Shown here: one piece after another, positions 25,563-39,806 of the stretch | Numbering within the stretch: position 1 is the first letter of the stretch | Layout: each line of letters opens with the position of its first letter | Assembly (NCBI GenBank): GCA_038087875.1 | Contig: CM075998.1 | Location: forward strand, 870,001 to 930,000 | Reading direction: 5' to 3' | DNA from: Malacoraja senta | Lineage: Eukaryota | DNA: 60,000 nt | Translations under genes and position numbers: made by a program | The notes under the pieces: model-generated | Told to the model about the DNA's origin: nothing | Databases searched by the model: none | The model's input: only the letters and a program-made list of their open reading frames with translations

Positions 25563-26235
25563 AGTTTAGTTTAGAGATACAGCACGGAAACAAGCCATTC
25601 GGCCCACCGAGTCCACGCCGACTATCGATCGCCCGATCACGCTAGTTCTACGTTATCCCACTTTCCCACTCACTCCCGACACACTGGGGGGCAATTTCCA
25701 GTGGGCCAATGAACCGACAAGCCCGTACGTCTTTAGGACAAGGGAACATCTGGAGGAAACCCACGCAGTCACAGGGGGAACTTGCAACAAGGAGACCAGG
25801 AGAACTCCACACAGGCAGTTCAGGGTCGAAGCCGCTTCTCTGGCGCTGTGAGGCAGCACCACTGCTACACTAACCTGCCCCGTGGAATATTTTGAACACA
25901 ATTCAGTGGATGGTGGCCTTGGATGTGATATCATGATTCGCCATCCCAGCTGGTAGAGCTGCTGCCTCACAGCGCCAGAGACCTGGGTTCCACCCTAACC
26001 TTGGGTGCTGTCTGTGTGGAGTTTGTGCGTTCTCCCTGTGAACACGTGGGTTTCCTCCGGGTGCTCCGGTTTCCTCCCACACTCCAAAGACGTGCAGGTT
26101 TGTAAGTTTATTGCCCCCTAGTGTGTAGCGAGTGGATGTGAAAGTGTTGAGGACATAGAACTGGTGTGAACGTGTGATCGATGGTTGGCGTGGTCTTGGT
26201 GGGTCGAAGGTGGGATCCATGTTGTATCTCTATAA
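25563..26235. mobile_element. Two HE1-type V-SINEs head-to-head (minus 25563-25880, plus 25945-26235)
   Basis: Both copies recognisable from V-domain and tail. Confidence 0.82.
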
Positions 26236-27344
26236 AAACGCAAATAATTCTGCAATAATCAATAATTGGTCAAAGGATGAGAGCAGTGGTGAGGAAAACT
26301 TATTAGTCTGAAATGTGTTGGGAGCAGAAACGTTGATCACGCTCAGACAGAACGTGGAAGAGCCGTGACCTGCACGAAATGGAGCCATTGGTGGAGGGTG
26401 GGATTAGACTCGGGAGCACTTTGTCGGCTAGTACAGGAACGACAGGCTGAGCGGCCCCCACCTGTGTCAGAAGCTTTCCGTGACTCCAGAGCACTTTGAA
26501 TATGGCAGAAAGTTGTCTCAAGGAACTCCACTTGAGCTATAAACAAACAAAAGGAATTGATCTTTAATTTTTGCTGTGGGGTTTTCACGCTGTTATTCCC
26601 AAGGCAGGCTCGTAGTCAAAATGGTCTGTAATGGGATAAGTGGAGAAATTCACAGCGTCTGATTCCAGATCCTGTGGCTGCTTAGCGGATTCCTTGCGGG
26701 GATATAGAACTGGCAACTCTTCACCTAAGACGCCAGGAGCAACCAACATGTTTGTTTAGTGGAACTCCATTTGCCTTTAGCTAAAGAAGCTGTTGTTCTC
26801 AGTGCTATTTGCAGAGGTTCCAGATTAGTCAAACTGTGTTTCTATTACCTGCAATTCTGGAATTTGACTCCTGTGTTTTAGGAAGTTGATGACAGACACA
26901 AAAAGCTGGACTAACGAAATGGCCAAATGCTGGTCCTGTATCTCAGGAAGATGTACAGCACCCCGATGAAACTCTGAACCCCAGGACAAAACATATTCAT
27001 CACCCATGTCCTTAAAACACAGATGATTTCATTATCATCAGTTTGCTGTATGGGGGATGATGCTGTGTGCAAATTGGCTCCAATGTTTCCTGCACAACAA
27101 CAGTATGTGTGCTTCACTAGCTGTGAACTGAGCTGATTAAAGGTTCATTGGTTCAAATGCACACCTGATGCTGGTGTCTTGATACCTAGTGCTCTGGAGG
27201 ATGGGAGTGAAGAATCAAGTCAAGAGTGGTTTATTGTGATATGTCCCAGATAGAACAATGACATCCTTACTTGCAGCAGCACAACACAATATGTAAACAT
27301 AGTACACTGTCAACTACAATGAACGAGAACAAATAGTTCAGAGT

Positions 27345-27830
<486 letters not shown>

Positions 27831-30800
27831 TATATACAGTTACGCTCATCATCCAGAAATCAGTAGCCAGTAACCAGCAAAAAGTTCAGGCAAAGGAGAA
27901 ACAACTTTGGATTGGGACAACTTCCCTGCTAAGTGCTGTTGTCTCAGGCGTTTATCTAAATAGCCACCCATTATCACTCTAAGTGATCCATCCGCAGCGG
28001 TAAAAGAACAACCACCTTGTTCAAGAGAGAATGCAAAAATCTTCCAGCGACTACGAGAGGTCAGTCAGGTTCGCGCTGTTTGGACAACTGCTGAGAGCAG
28101 TGATTGGGAGCTAAATGAGCACATGAGCAAGTTTAAAGGATGCCCCACATTGATTTGTTGAAGAAGGTGTTCTTATTAATTTGAGTTTTAGGAAGAGGTA
28201 GCAGTGGGTTGCTAATGTGGTACAGGTCTTGTGTTATTGTGTCTAAACTTGCAAAAGATGTTTGCTGAAGTGTCACATATTAATCAACTAAGTTGAAGTT
28301 CTCAGCACTCTCTCTCCGACCTCGCACCGCCCTTCCCACAGTGCGCCACTTCCATTCCCCAACAGGAAGGTCTCAGGCCTTCCGCTTCTTCCTGGAACAG
28401 AGACTCAACCAGTTCCCCTCATCTAACACTCGTCTCCATTCCCTCTGTCCACCGTCCCACCCTCTGGTTCTACATTGACTCTGAAGAATAGTCTTGACCC
28501 AAAACATCATCTATTCATTCCCTGCACAGATGCTGCCTGACCCGCTGAGTTCCTCCAGCACTTTGTATTTTGCTTGATCCCAACCTCTGCAGTCTCTTGT
28601 GCCTCTAGTCAGACATAGCCCTGGAGCTGTCATCACGTGATCTGCTGCTGCCCCACCTAGCCCTTCCTTAGCTTGGTTGATCTTTATATTCACAACAAGC
28701 GCTGGTGTTCTATAGAAATGAAGCACGTCACTTGTTTCCACTCTGGTCTCCTGCCCCTGGACTTCCTGCATCTGGGAGGCAAATGGTCCGTTTCGGGAGA
28801 CCCTCACAGTTCTGGAGACACACATTTAACGGGGCTCATAGAAAATCTGCTTCCGAGCGGACTGAGAAATGTTGTCAAAGGAAGGCCGAAAGAATCATTA
28901 TTTAATGTGGTTCTGGGTAACATAAAAGCTCTATTGACCAACAAAGAGGTCTTGCCGAGGTTGGAAGGGGAGTTCATCGATAATGCGCGAGAGTTGTTAT
29001 TTAAAAAACAAATTCTTTATTAATTTGTGAAAGGAGCGAGCGAGACAGTATAAAATGAACATTGATTTTATTCAGACAGTCTGCTTCACTTTAACAGGAT
29101 GCGGTTAAATAAGCTCACTTCTGACAGGATGTGGTGCAGTCACAGCAGTTCCCTGTAGCTCAGCCTCCTTGTTCCAGACCTCGTATATTTACTTGGTCTG
29201 CACGCAGCCTTCCCATCAAATTGTACCATTTCTAACTTCATGAAGTTAGTGCAACGTTTTTTTTTGAAGTGAGCAACTCAAGACTCTGACTGTGGAACAG
29301 ATTTTGATTTTTAACATAGTTATTTTGAGGGGGGGGGGGGGGTTGCTGATACTGTTTTATTATTTTACCAACGTTTTTTGTTTTTATTCCATCGGGTTAA
29401 ATGTGTACTGAATCCCACCAATTATAGTCCATCATTGGATCCTCTTAAAATCGTAAGAAATAGGAGCAGGATTGGGCTGTTCGGCCATCGAGTCTGGTCC
29501 GCCATTCGATTATGGCTGATCTAGCATTCCCTCTCAATCCCCTGTAATATGTCATGGAATTATGCAGCATGGAATCAGGCAATTCAGTGTGGCTGATCCA
29601 CGCTGAACAATGTACCTTCTGGGCTAGTCCCATTTTATCTGCATTTGGTCCTCATCCCTGTAAACCTTTCGAAGTGTATTTTAAACATTGAAGTTGTGTC
29701 CTTTCTATCTATGTGCCCTCTGGCAGTTCGTTCCACATACCCACGAGCCTCTGTGAAAACCTTGCCCCTCAGGTTCCTATTAAATCTTTCCCCTTTCTCC
29801 TTAAACCTGTGTCATTGGGTTTTTCAACTCCCTTACCCTGGGGAGAAAGACTGTGACCATCCACGTTATCTCAGCACGACTCCTCTGGCAGTGTGGTGCT
29901 CTGTCAGTACTGCCCTTCCCACATTTCAATGCTCCTTTGCACTGCCTCTCATGCAGAGCAGCGCTCCCTTAGTCCAATACCCCTCAGTATAACCCCTCTT
30001 GCAGTGCGGCACTCCCTGAGTACGGCCTCTCCCGACTAGCTACATACTAGCCCGTAAAAATGTGAACTTGGAAGGGCAGTAGTATGAGCAGCTTGGATGT
30101 GTTGGGCTTTATCTATCTGTACACGAGCATGGTGCATGGGTGAAAAGATTTGTTCTGGCATTTAAACTAGTCCCAGTCATGAGTCCCAAGTACTCCTTGC
30201 TTAAAATGGTGTTGCTTAAAGAACTAAATCCTTCTTTTGGAGTGTGAATTGTTTTGGATAATAAATGACCTACATGACCCATGGATACTGAAGTCCCTCG
30301 CACACCTTCACCTGTAGTCGTCCAAACATGTTTCATTTGTCAACGCAGCAGGATTTTCTAATTTCAAATTGGATGACATGCCAAATGTGCCAACAAATGC
30401 AAATGGAATTAATAGTATTGATCTATTGTCAATAAAGGTTATAATGGCAAGGCGCAAAAACCAGACAACACAACACAACAGTCCCTCAGCACTACCATTC
30501 TCACGGTGCGGCGCTCTCTCAGTACCGCCCCCCCCCAGCGCTCCCCCACCCCGCCCCCCCACAGTGCGGCGTTCCCTCATCACTATACTGGAGCATCATC
30601 CTTAGCTCTTGTGCTCAGAGATGTGGAGTTCAGAACAAGCTCGGAAACCTTTGACTCGCCGGCACCAGAGTGCGGCCCACTGAGCCACAGCTGAACCCAT
30701 CAGAGGAGTAATGAGCTTGTCAAGGGCTTGTTCCAGCAGTGACACAGTGATTTGTTTGCATGCCCATCCGACTTTCATTGCAAGGTTTGAGCAGCGGCTT

Positions 30801-30936
30801 GAGCCGGTCGGACGTTGCATCCGGCGTGTGCAACCCGTGCGTCGCAGCAGCAAAATTGAAACAGTCGGGAGAAAAAATAATTGCCGTCTATTTGTCTTGA
30901 ACAGGTTTAACATCTCCTTCCCATTGTGTCTGCCAG

Positions 30937-31022
30937 GTGGTCGATACAAGAAAGAAATCAACGTCAATGGTCAGAGCCACTTGCTGCTGATTAGAGATGA
31001 AGGAGGTCCCCCTGACGCACAG
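30937..31022 (+). CDS. AGAP2: AGAP2 exon ([28 protein letters not shown])
   Basis: ccag acceptor ending at 30936, GTGAGT donor at 31023; 86 nt, phase 1 to 0; centaurin-gamma GTPase sequence. Confidence 0.95.
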
Positions 31023-32466
31023 GTGAGTGGTTGATCCAGGAGAGGGTCTGACACAAGTTGCCTTCACCTTGCTGAGAATAGGAGTGGATAGGTTCATGAG
31101 TTCAGGTCTTAGGAGCAGAATTAGGCCATTCGGCCCATTGAGTCTACTCCACCTATCAATTGTCGTTCATCTATCTTTCCCTCTCAACCCCATTCTCCTG
31201 CCTTCGTTCTATAACCCCTGACATCCATACTAATCAAGAGTCTGAAAATCTCTGCCTCACAAATATCCATTGACTGCCTCCTCAGCCGTCTGTGGCAATG
31301 AATTCCGCAGATTCACCACCCTCTGACTAAAGAGGTGTTCCCTCATCCTTGTAAACTCCAGCGAGTACAGGCCCAGTGCCTGATGAGCAGGTCCAAGAAT
31401 AATTGGGCAAAACACAAAGTGGCGGAGGAACTCAGCGGGTCAGGCAGCATCTGTGGAGGGAATGGGCAGGCGACGTTTCAGGTCGGGACCTTGCTTCAAA
31501 CTTCAGGTCCTGAAACGTCATCCTGAAAAAGGGTCCCAACCTGAAATATGGTCATGCAGACGGGACCCGACCCGAAACATCATCTGTCGAGTCAGGAGAA
31601 GGGACCAAACCCGAAATATTGTCTGTCTGAAGAAGGGACCTGACCTGAAATGTCTAGGATGGAACAGCAGATGCTGGTTTAAACCAAAGCTAGACACAAA
31701 AAGCTGGAGTAACTCAGTGGGTCAGATAGCATCTCTGGAGAAAAGGAATAGATGATGTTTTGGGAAACGTCACCCATTCCTTCTCTCCAGAGATGCTGTC
31801 TTACTGCTGAGTTACTCCAGCTTTTTGTGTCTATGACCTGAAATGTCGTCATGAAGAAGGGTCCCAGCCTGAAAAGTCCCCTGTCCATTCCCTCCCACAG
31901 ACACTGTCTGACTGCTGAGTTCCTCCAGCACATCGTGTTTAGCTCAAGATTCCAGCATCTGCGGTTCCTTGTGTCTGGCAGGATAGCTGGGTGGTGGCGA
32001 CGGGGACAGCGTGCTGCCGTGTCCTTGGGGTCACTGGGCACGCACTGCATTCAACGGCCATCTTCAACGTGCCGCCTTTTCATGGCAACATATCTCACCA
32101 TGACATGGGGGGGGGAGGGGAGTGCTGTCTGCAGCCATTGTGTGCATTGTCGGCTTTTCCACAGTGAGGCTGTCTGAGGACTCTCACATGAAAGGACATT
32201 CTTTTCTGTATTCACTTGGATCCAAAGCTTAAGTTGTGTTGCCAAGGCAACTTGGGATAAACTGCACGAGTAAAATAACCAAACCAACAATGCGGATCAA
32301 CAGAATCTTTAACAAAACACAGAGTGCTGAAGGAGCTCCGTGGGTCAGGCAGCACGAATGGAGGGATGTGTAGGAAGGAACTGCAGATGCTGGTTGACAC
32401 CAAAGATTGATACAAAATGCTGGAGTAACTCAGCGGGACCGGCAGCATCTCTGGAGAGAAGGAATG

Positions 32467-32497
32467 GGTGACGTTTCGGGTCGAGACCCTTCTTCAG
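32467..32497 (-). ncRNA. Minimal hammerhead-ribozyme-like motif in a Penelope-derived repeat
   Basis: Reverse complement reads CTGAAGA-A-GGGTCTCGACCC-GAAACGTC-ACC, intact. Confidence 0.7.
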
Positions 32498-32789
32498 ACT
32501 GAGAGTCGGGAGAGGGAGACGAAGAGATAAGGAAGGGTAGGGTGTGAAGGTATGGGGGGGACATTGGCAGGCGACATTTTGGGTCGGGGACCCGGCACCA
32601 GATTGATGGAGGGGAGGGGAGGAAGCTGGGAGAACGGGGCAAGGGCAGGAGGTGCAACAAGAGCTACATGTGAGAGGTGGATCCAGGTGAGCAGGGGTGG
32701 GGGTGGGGAGAAGGGTGGCTACAATAACCAAGGTGAGAAGTGGAGAGGGCAAAAGGACGCACTTGCCAGCTCCAGCCTTGGTTGCAATA

Positions 32790-33045
32790 GCCACACCGAG
32801 TCCGTGCCGACCAGCGATCACTCCGTACACTAGCAATTTCCTACATACACTCGGAACAACTTACAAATTACAGAAGCTAATTAACCTACAAACCTACATG
32901 TCTTTGGAGTGTGGGAGGAAATCGGAGCACCCGGAGAAAACCCACGCAGGTCATAGGGATGATGTACAAACTCCGTACAGACAGGATCAACCCTGTCCCT
33001 GGCGCTGTGAGGCAGCAACACTACCGCTGTGCCACCGTGCGGCCC
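32790..33045 (-). mobile_element. HE1-type V-SINE
   Basis: GTGGGAGGAAATCGGAGCACCCGGAG V-domain and CGCTGTGCCACCGTGC head. Confidence 0.82.
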
Positions 33046-33861
33046 CGAGGGTCTGGGGATGGGATGTCCTGGGACGGTAAAGATCTGCTGTCTCTCGATA
33101 GCGCTGAGAAGAGTTCTGTCATTTTTACAGTTGATGCACAAAGCACAACATTTGTCCTCTGCTGATCACCAGCAACAGAATAAGCATCTGATATCTTGTC
33201 ACTGAGCGGCGATAATATCAGATCTTTCATTCGTCTAGCATTTTGAAGAGAGGAAGTATTAAAATTTTAAGTGCCATTGAATATTTGAACTGTCTCATTT
33301 TAACAGCCCACGGGCATAGTAACCAGTTCCACTAATATGCTGATTAATGAGCTCTGCCCTTGTCGTATAATGGGTCAATTTCCTACAATCTGTGCGCTCT
33401 CATCTGCCAGACATTGTTCCTTCAATAAATGAAAATTTTAGCACAGAATGATGACTAAAATGCAGCCATTTCAGATTGATATTATTTATATTTAACTGTT
33501 GGATTTATATTATGGATTGTGCAAAGTCCTTCCTGAGCAGAATTGTCCAAGGCTCACTTCATTCATAAACTGGGGCCATCCAAATTGCTCCTCCATTGCC
33601 AGATCCGCTGAATACACTTTTCCTTTCCCGGATCCCTCTGTTCTCCCCGCTCCCACCACCTTGATTGTTGCATCTTTTTTCCCCGTTGCCTTCTGCTGGA
33701 GGCTTTGACTCGAGCCCCACGGTGGCCATTTTGCTAGGCATCTGTTATTTTACCCAAAGAGTAACCTTTCACGCACCACAGAAGCACCACCTTTAGACGT
33801 TAGAGACACAGCGCGGAAACAGGCCCTTCGGCCCACCGAGTCCGCAGCGATCACCCCAACA

Positions 33862-34385
33862 CTAATAATAATAATAATACATTTTATTTATATAGCGCTT
33901 TTCAGGACTCAAAGTCGCTTTACATTGAGAGTCAAGAATAAACAAAACAAAATAGAGCAGTAAGACAGAGATGCAAAGGGGAGGGGAACATGGGACTAAG
34001 GGTGTGCAGAGGTGAAGAGATGGGTCTTGAGGCGGGACTGGAAGATGGTGAGGGACTCAGAATTTCGGATCAGTTGTGGGAGGGAATTCCAGAGCCTGGG
34101 AGCTGCCCTGGAGGAAGGCTCTGCCTCCAAAAGTGCAGAGGTTTGATTTCGGAGTGGAGAGGAGACCAGCTGATGTGGATCTGAGGGACCGTGAGGGTTG
34201 GTAGGGGAGAGGAGGTCAGTGAGATAAGGGGGGCCAAGTTGTTGAGGGCTTTGTAGGTGAGGACCAGGATTTTGTAGATGATCCGGTGGGAAATGGGAAG
34301 CCAGTGAAGTTCTTTGAGAACTGGGGTGATGTGGTGCCAGGATTTGGTGTGGGTGATGAGTCGGGCGGCTGCATTCTGGAGTTGG
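33862..34385 (-). mobile_element. L2-clade LINE 3' fragment
   Basis: LQNAAARLITHTKSWHHITPVLKELHWLPISHRIIYKILVLTYKALNNLAP is the L2 ORF2 C-terminal signature; AAGCGCTATATAAATAAA and (TTA)n tail. Confidence 0.9.
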
Positions 34386-34918
34386 GCCATCACACTAGTG
34401 CCATCCTACACATTAAGGACAATTTACAGTTTTACAATTTTACCAATGCCAATTAAACTACAACCCGCACGTCTTTGGGATGTGGGAGGAAACAGAGCAC
34501 CTGGAGAAAACCACAGGGAGAACGTACAAACACCTCCAGCAAGAGAGAGTATAACCACCCACCCATAACATTGAATGGCTTTGCCAACACCATGTCCTCC
34601 ACCCATCAATATTCTGGGGTCATCATTAACTTGAAACTCAACTGGACCGGCCACATAAACACCAGGACTACAAGAGCAGCTTTGAGGCTGGCGATGTGTA
34701 AGAAGGAACTGTAGAGGTGGGTTTACAGCGAAGATTGACACAAAATGTTGGAGTAAGGTCTGCAGCAGTTCAAACAGGCAGCGCACCATCACCTTCTCAA
34801 CTAGGAATGGACAATAGGTCTGCCTGATCTCACAATACAAGCACTTTGAATCGTTATTGTACCCAATTTTGGAATGGGACCATGTATTTACACTGTCCCG
34901 TTATCTCCTCCCCGACAG

Positions 34919-35060
34919 TTTTCTACGTGGGTCGACGCCGTTATATTCGTCTTCAGCTTGGAAAACGAGAAGAGCTTTCAGACCATCTACAATTACTACA
35001 CACGGCTGGTGAGCTACAGGAGTGCAACTGAGATCACCGTCATGTTGGTGGGATCACAGG
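34919..35060 (+). CDS. AGAP2: AGAP2 exon ([30 protein letters not shown]...VMLVGSQ)
   Basis: acag acceptor ending at 34918, GTAAGA donor at 35061; 142 nt, phase 0 to 1. Confidence 0.95.
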
Positions 35061-35609
35061 GTAAGAGCAGCAAAGGGGGCTGGTGCTCTGTTCCGACCCA
35101 CTGAGCCCATCAGCGGCGACTGACTCTGTTTCAAAGGTTCGGGTTCTCTAAACTAAACAAAAGGTAGAAACAAGGAACTGCAGATGCTGGTTTACAAACA
35201 AAAGACACAAACTGCTGGAGTTACTCAGCGGGTCAGGCAGCATCTCTAGAGAACACGGATGTGATGTTTCGGGTCAAGTATGAAGTCGGATCCCAACCCA
35301 AGACGTCACTTAGAAGAAGGGTCCCTTACCGAGACGTCATCTATCCATGGTGTCCAGAGATGCTGCCTGACCCACTGACTCACTCCAGTACTTTGTGTCT
35401 TTCCTAAACTAAAGTAAATTCTGCCATTATTCATGCGTGTGTGTGTGCGCGTGCGTGTGCGTGCGTGTGTGTGTGCGTGTGCGTGATTGAGTTCAACCAT
35501 CTCACAAACTCCCCACATCTGCCCCGTCTGTGGAAGAGAGCAGCCCTTGCGTTGGCCTCTTCCGTCACCTCACAGCCCCAGACCCGGAGTGGATCCTGAT
35601 GGGCTGCCT

Positions 35610-35965
35610 GACAATAGACAATAGGTGCAGGAGTAGGCCATTTGGCCCTTCGAGCCAGCAACGCCATTCAATGTGATCATGGCTGATCATCCCCAATCGG
35701 TACCCCATTCCTGCCTTCTCCCCATATCCCCTGACTCCGCTATTTTTAAGAGCCCTATCTAGCTCTCTCTTGAAAGCATCCAGAGAACCGGCCTCCACCG
35801 CCCTCTGAGGCAGAGAATTCCACAGACTCACAACTCTCTGTGAGAAAAAGTGTTTCCTCGTCTCCGTTCTAAATGGCTTACCCCTTATTCTTAAACTGTG
35901 GCCCCTGGTTCTGGACTCCCCCAACATCGGGAACATGTTTCCTGCCTCTAGCGTGTCCAAACCTT
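35610..35965 (-). mobile_element. CR1-clade LINE 3' fragment
   Basis: Minus ORF DTLEAGNMFPMLGESRTRGHSL... is nearly identical to 18600-18950. Confidence 0.92.
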
Positions 35966-36576
35966 AACAATCTCCCTCACTCAGCCTCTGAACCACCCCC
36001 CGAACAAGGTTCACCCATCTTCTCTCCTTATTTCTCCTCCATCAGTTTTCTCCCCTCCCCGAACTTGTACTCTGTGAGTGGCAGGGACTCGGGGGCGAGA
36101 AATAAAGTGTGAATGCGCTCTGCTAACATTGACCTCTGCGGCAAAGCAGTAGATCCCCTCATTGCCCGAGATTGAGGGAGCGTTTATAAACTCCATTTCA
36201 ATGCGTGCCGTGTCCTGAAGTCAAATCCTGGGAAAGCCACGAGGGGGAGGGAGTGCTGAAGTGAGTGTTGTGGTTTGGAAGCTTTAAGTACGTGCTGATT
36301 GCTCATAAATTCTTCAAAAAATAAATTAACAATTCATGAAGGGAGATATTATTGTCTCGCAAAGCTGCAGGCTGGAAGCTTGTAAAGCTGATCCTTAATC
36401 AACATCAAATTACGTGAGGCTGTAAAGATGGTGAGTTCCAGTCTGCTGGCAGCAGGGGAAAAAATCTGAACTGTCATTGTTGTACAGCATGGAAACAGGC
36501 CTTTCAGCCCATCTAGTCCATGCCAACCATTAAGCACCCAGCTGGACTAATCCCATTTATTAATTTAATCAATTTT

Positions 36577-36836
36577 GGTTTAGAGATACAGCATGGAGAC
36601 GGGCCCCACCGAGTCCACGCCAACCATTGAGCACCCGCTCACACTAGTTCTATGTTATCCCACTTTCTCATCCACTCCCTACACACTGAGGCCAATTAAT
36701 CCCCATACCCACACGTCTTTGGGGATGTGGGAGGAAACTGGAGCACCTGGAGGAAACCCACATGGTCACAGGGAGAACATGAAAACCATGCACGCCACAC
36801 ACACATGCACGCAAACACACACACATACGCACGCAA

Positions 36837-36868
<32 letters not shown>

Positions 36869-37215
36869 ACACACACACACAGACAGACACACACGTACAC
36901 ACACACACGTACACACACAGACACACACACGTACACACACACGTACACACACACACACACACACACTCCTGACCTTCTGGCGCTGTCTGTGTACACGTTC
37001 TCCCTATGACCGCGTGGGTTGGCTCCGGGTGCTCTGGTTTCCTCCCACATCCCAAAGACGTGCGGGTTTGTAGGTGAATTGGCCCTCTGTGAATTGCCTC
37101 CATTGTGGGGAGTGGATGAGAAAGTGGGATAACACAGAACTAGTGTGACCAGGTGATCGATGGTCAGCGTGGACTCGGTGGGCCGAAGGGCCTGTTTCCA
37201 CGCTGCATCTCTAAA
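36577..37215. mobile_element. Inverted pair of HE1-type SINEs around a (CA)n tract (36795-36966)
   Basis: Minus copy 36577-36790 and plus copy 36975-37215. Confidence 0.82.
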
Positions 37216-37743
37216 TGGAACAATCCCCTACTTCTGAGTCTCAGCCTCCCAGTTCCATATTTTGAGCACTCGTGCCAAGGCCCAGTGTCTGCACCCACTC
37301 AGTGTCTTTTACACTTCAGTTAGATCACCTTGTGTTCACCATTGAAGGTGGAGGTTAAAGGAAAGTCAGGTTAAACAGTCCCATTAAACATGAGCCTTTG
37401 CCTGCATTCATTTCAATTCTGTGAAAGATTCTGAAGCACAAGGTGAGTTTGAGTCAAGCACTCGGCATAGTGATATATCACCATAAACCCACTCCACTGT
37501 ATTATGTATAAAGCTAGAAGGAGGCCGGCTTCCTACTGTTTTAATGTTTCAATTATTTCTGGAAATAATCAGACTTGTATTGTTCTTGCCCGCACGTCCC
37601 TTATCAAAATTAATATTGGGTTTATTGCATCAACAGGACATCAGCAGTGGAGGAGTTTTCGCTGTTCGCCGCTTGATCATGATGTCAAGTTGAGCTAGAC
37701 TCTGCCCGCTGGCCAATAACGCATCTGCTTCCCCCTCTTGCAG

Positions 37744-37878
37744 ATACAATCAGCGCCACCAATCCACGAGTCATTGACGATGCCCGGGCACGCAAGCTCT
37801 GTGCCGACCTGAAACGCTGCATGTATTACGAGACCTGCGCGACGTACGGCCTCAACGTCGACCGAGTGTTTAACGAAG
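37744..37878 (+). CDS. AGAP2: AGAP2 exon, end of GTPase-like domain ([45 protein letters not shown])
   Basis: gcag acceptor ending at 37743, GTAAAG donor at 37879; 135 nt, phase 1 to 1; conserved [12 protein letters not shown] motif. Confidence 0.95.
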
Positions 37879-38105
37879 GTAAAGGCTATGTGTCTGGAAT
37901 CGGCATCGAACTCAGTGTTCACAGTGTAGGCAGAAGAATAAAAGGAAACCAAGAGCCTTGCGTTTCTTTAGCAGCCTTTCACGTCCCTTTTCAGGACACC
38001 AGGGCAGACAATGAAGTCGATTGGAATTTAGTCCCCGCTGTAATATAGGGCGCACGGCAGGCAGTGAGATCCCACAAACAACGATGTGACACGAATATAG
38101 ACACC

Positions 38106-38305
38106 NNNNNNNNNNNNNNNNNNNNNNNNNNNNNNNNNNNNNNNNNNNNNNNNNNNNNNNNNNNNNNNNNNNNNNNNNNNNNNNNNNNNNNNNNNNNNNN
38201 NNNNNNNNNNNNNNNNNNNNNNNNNNNNNNNNNNNNNNNNNNNNNNNNNNNNNNNNNNNNNNNNNNNNNNNNNNNNNNNNNNNNNNNNNNNNNNNNNNNN
38301 NNNNN
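38106..38305. other. Assembly gap (200 N) inside AGAP2
   Basis: Run of exactly 200 N, which suggests a fixed-size scaffolding gap of unknown true length. Confidence 0.99.
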
Positions 38306-38403
38306 AACCAGCCTGGTGACACTGCCTTCTTCCAGCTCCTCAAGCATTGGAGAGATTCAGTTTATTATTTTTGTAATGTTTCATCTGTGCTTTCTTCAAA
38401 TAA

Positions 38404-38661
<258 letters not shown>

Positions 38662-38758
38662 TAAATACTCGCTCCGCTCGGCACTGACCTTCCCCGCGAG
38701 CAGCAGTGAGAGGGGCTGCACTAGAGAAACAATGCGGCTTCACTGGGAATTCAGTGGG

Positions 38759-38794
<36 letters not shown>

Positions 38795-39070
38795 ACGACT
38801 CTGTGAGTGTGTGTATGTGTGTACACGACTCTGTGAGTGTGTGTGTGTGCACGAGTGCGTTTCTCCAGAGATGCTGTCTGACCCGCAGAGTTACTCCAGC
38901 TTTTTGTGTCTGTTCGGTTTAAACCAGCATCTCCTTCCGACACACCTTGAACAAAGCACTGTTGAATTGTCAATCTTTTAGCTGCTATTTTGTCATCAAC
39001 ATCTCAGTGTGATAGCCCTTTTTGTTTCTCTCTTCCGTCCCTCGCGCCCCGACCCACCTTCCAATTCCAG

Positions 39071-39326
39071 GGAAGAAAGGGAGAACTGGATCCGAGCAAA
39101 ATATGAGCAGAAGCTCTTTGTCGCCCCCTTGAAGTACCGCGACATGGCCTTTGGAAAGCAGCTGTTCCGAGCCGTCATGGAGAAGGAGCTGCACAACATC
39201 TTACTGCTCCTTGCTCACGCCAAGAAGGAGCACATCAACGAATGCACCGAGGACAAGGACAGGCGGACGGCACTGCACCTCGCCTGCGAGCTCAAGGACG
39301 TGGTGATATCGCAGCTCCTGGTCTGG
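39071..39326 (+). CDS. AGAP2: AGAP2 exon, ArfGAP C-terminus plus ankyrin repeat (EERENWIRAKYEQKLF...RTALHLACELKDVVISQLLVW)
   Basis: ttccag acceptor ending at 39070, GTACGA donor at 39327; 256 nt, phase 2 to 0. Confidence 0.95.
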
Positions 39327-39456
39327 GTACGAGTCACTCTGTTCTTTCCCAGTCGACCGCTGTGGATCAGGAATCACATTTGGATCGTAATGATATTGAG
39401 TGTACCTGGCCCACAGTCCAAGGTCTACGTCAAGACCTGTTATATGTGTTTACTAT

Positions 39457-39806
39457 GGGCGGCACGGTGGTGCAGCGGTAGAGTTGCTGCCTCACAGCAC
39501 CAGAGACCCGGGTTTGATCCTGACTGCGGGTGCTTGTCTGTACAGAGTTTGTACGTTCTCCCTGTGACCCGCGTGGGATTTCTCCGGGTGCTCCACTTTC
39601 CTCCCACACTCCAAAGATGTACTGGTTTGCAGGTTAATTGGCTTGGTGTCATTATAAATTGTCAGTTTAGTTTAGTTTATTGTAACAAAGTACAGTGAAA
39701 AGCTTTTGTTGACCGATAGGATAGTGTAAGTGTGCGGGGATCGCTGGTCAGCACAGACTCGGTGGGCTGAAGGGCCTGTTTCCATGCTATATCTCTAAAC
39801 TAAACT
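39457..39806 (+). mobile_element. HE1-type tRNA-derived V-SINE, near full length
   Basis: GGGCGGCACGGTGGTGCAGCGGTAG (A box), GGTTTGATCC (B box), V-domain CTCCGGGTGCTCC..TTTCCTCCCAC, CR1-derived tail and (CTAAA)n. Confidence 0.88.

Noticed and set aside
39457..39530. tRNA-like A/B boxes
   Set aside because: Heads of HE1-type SINEs; no complete cloverleaf.
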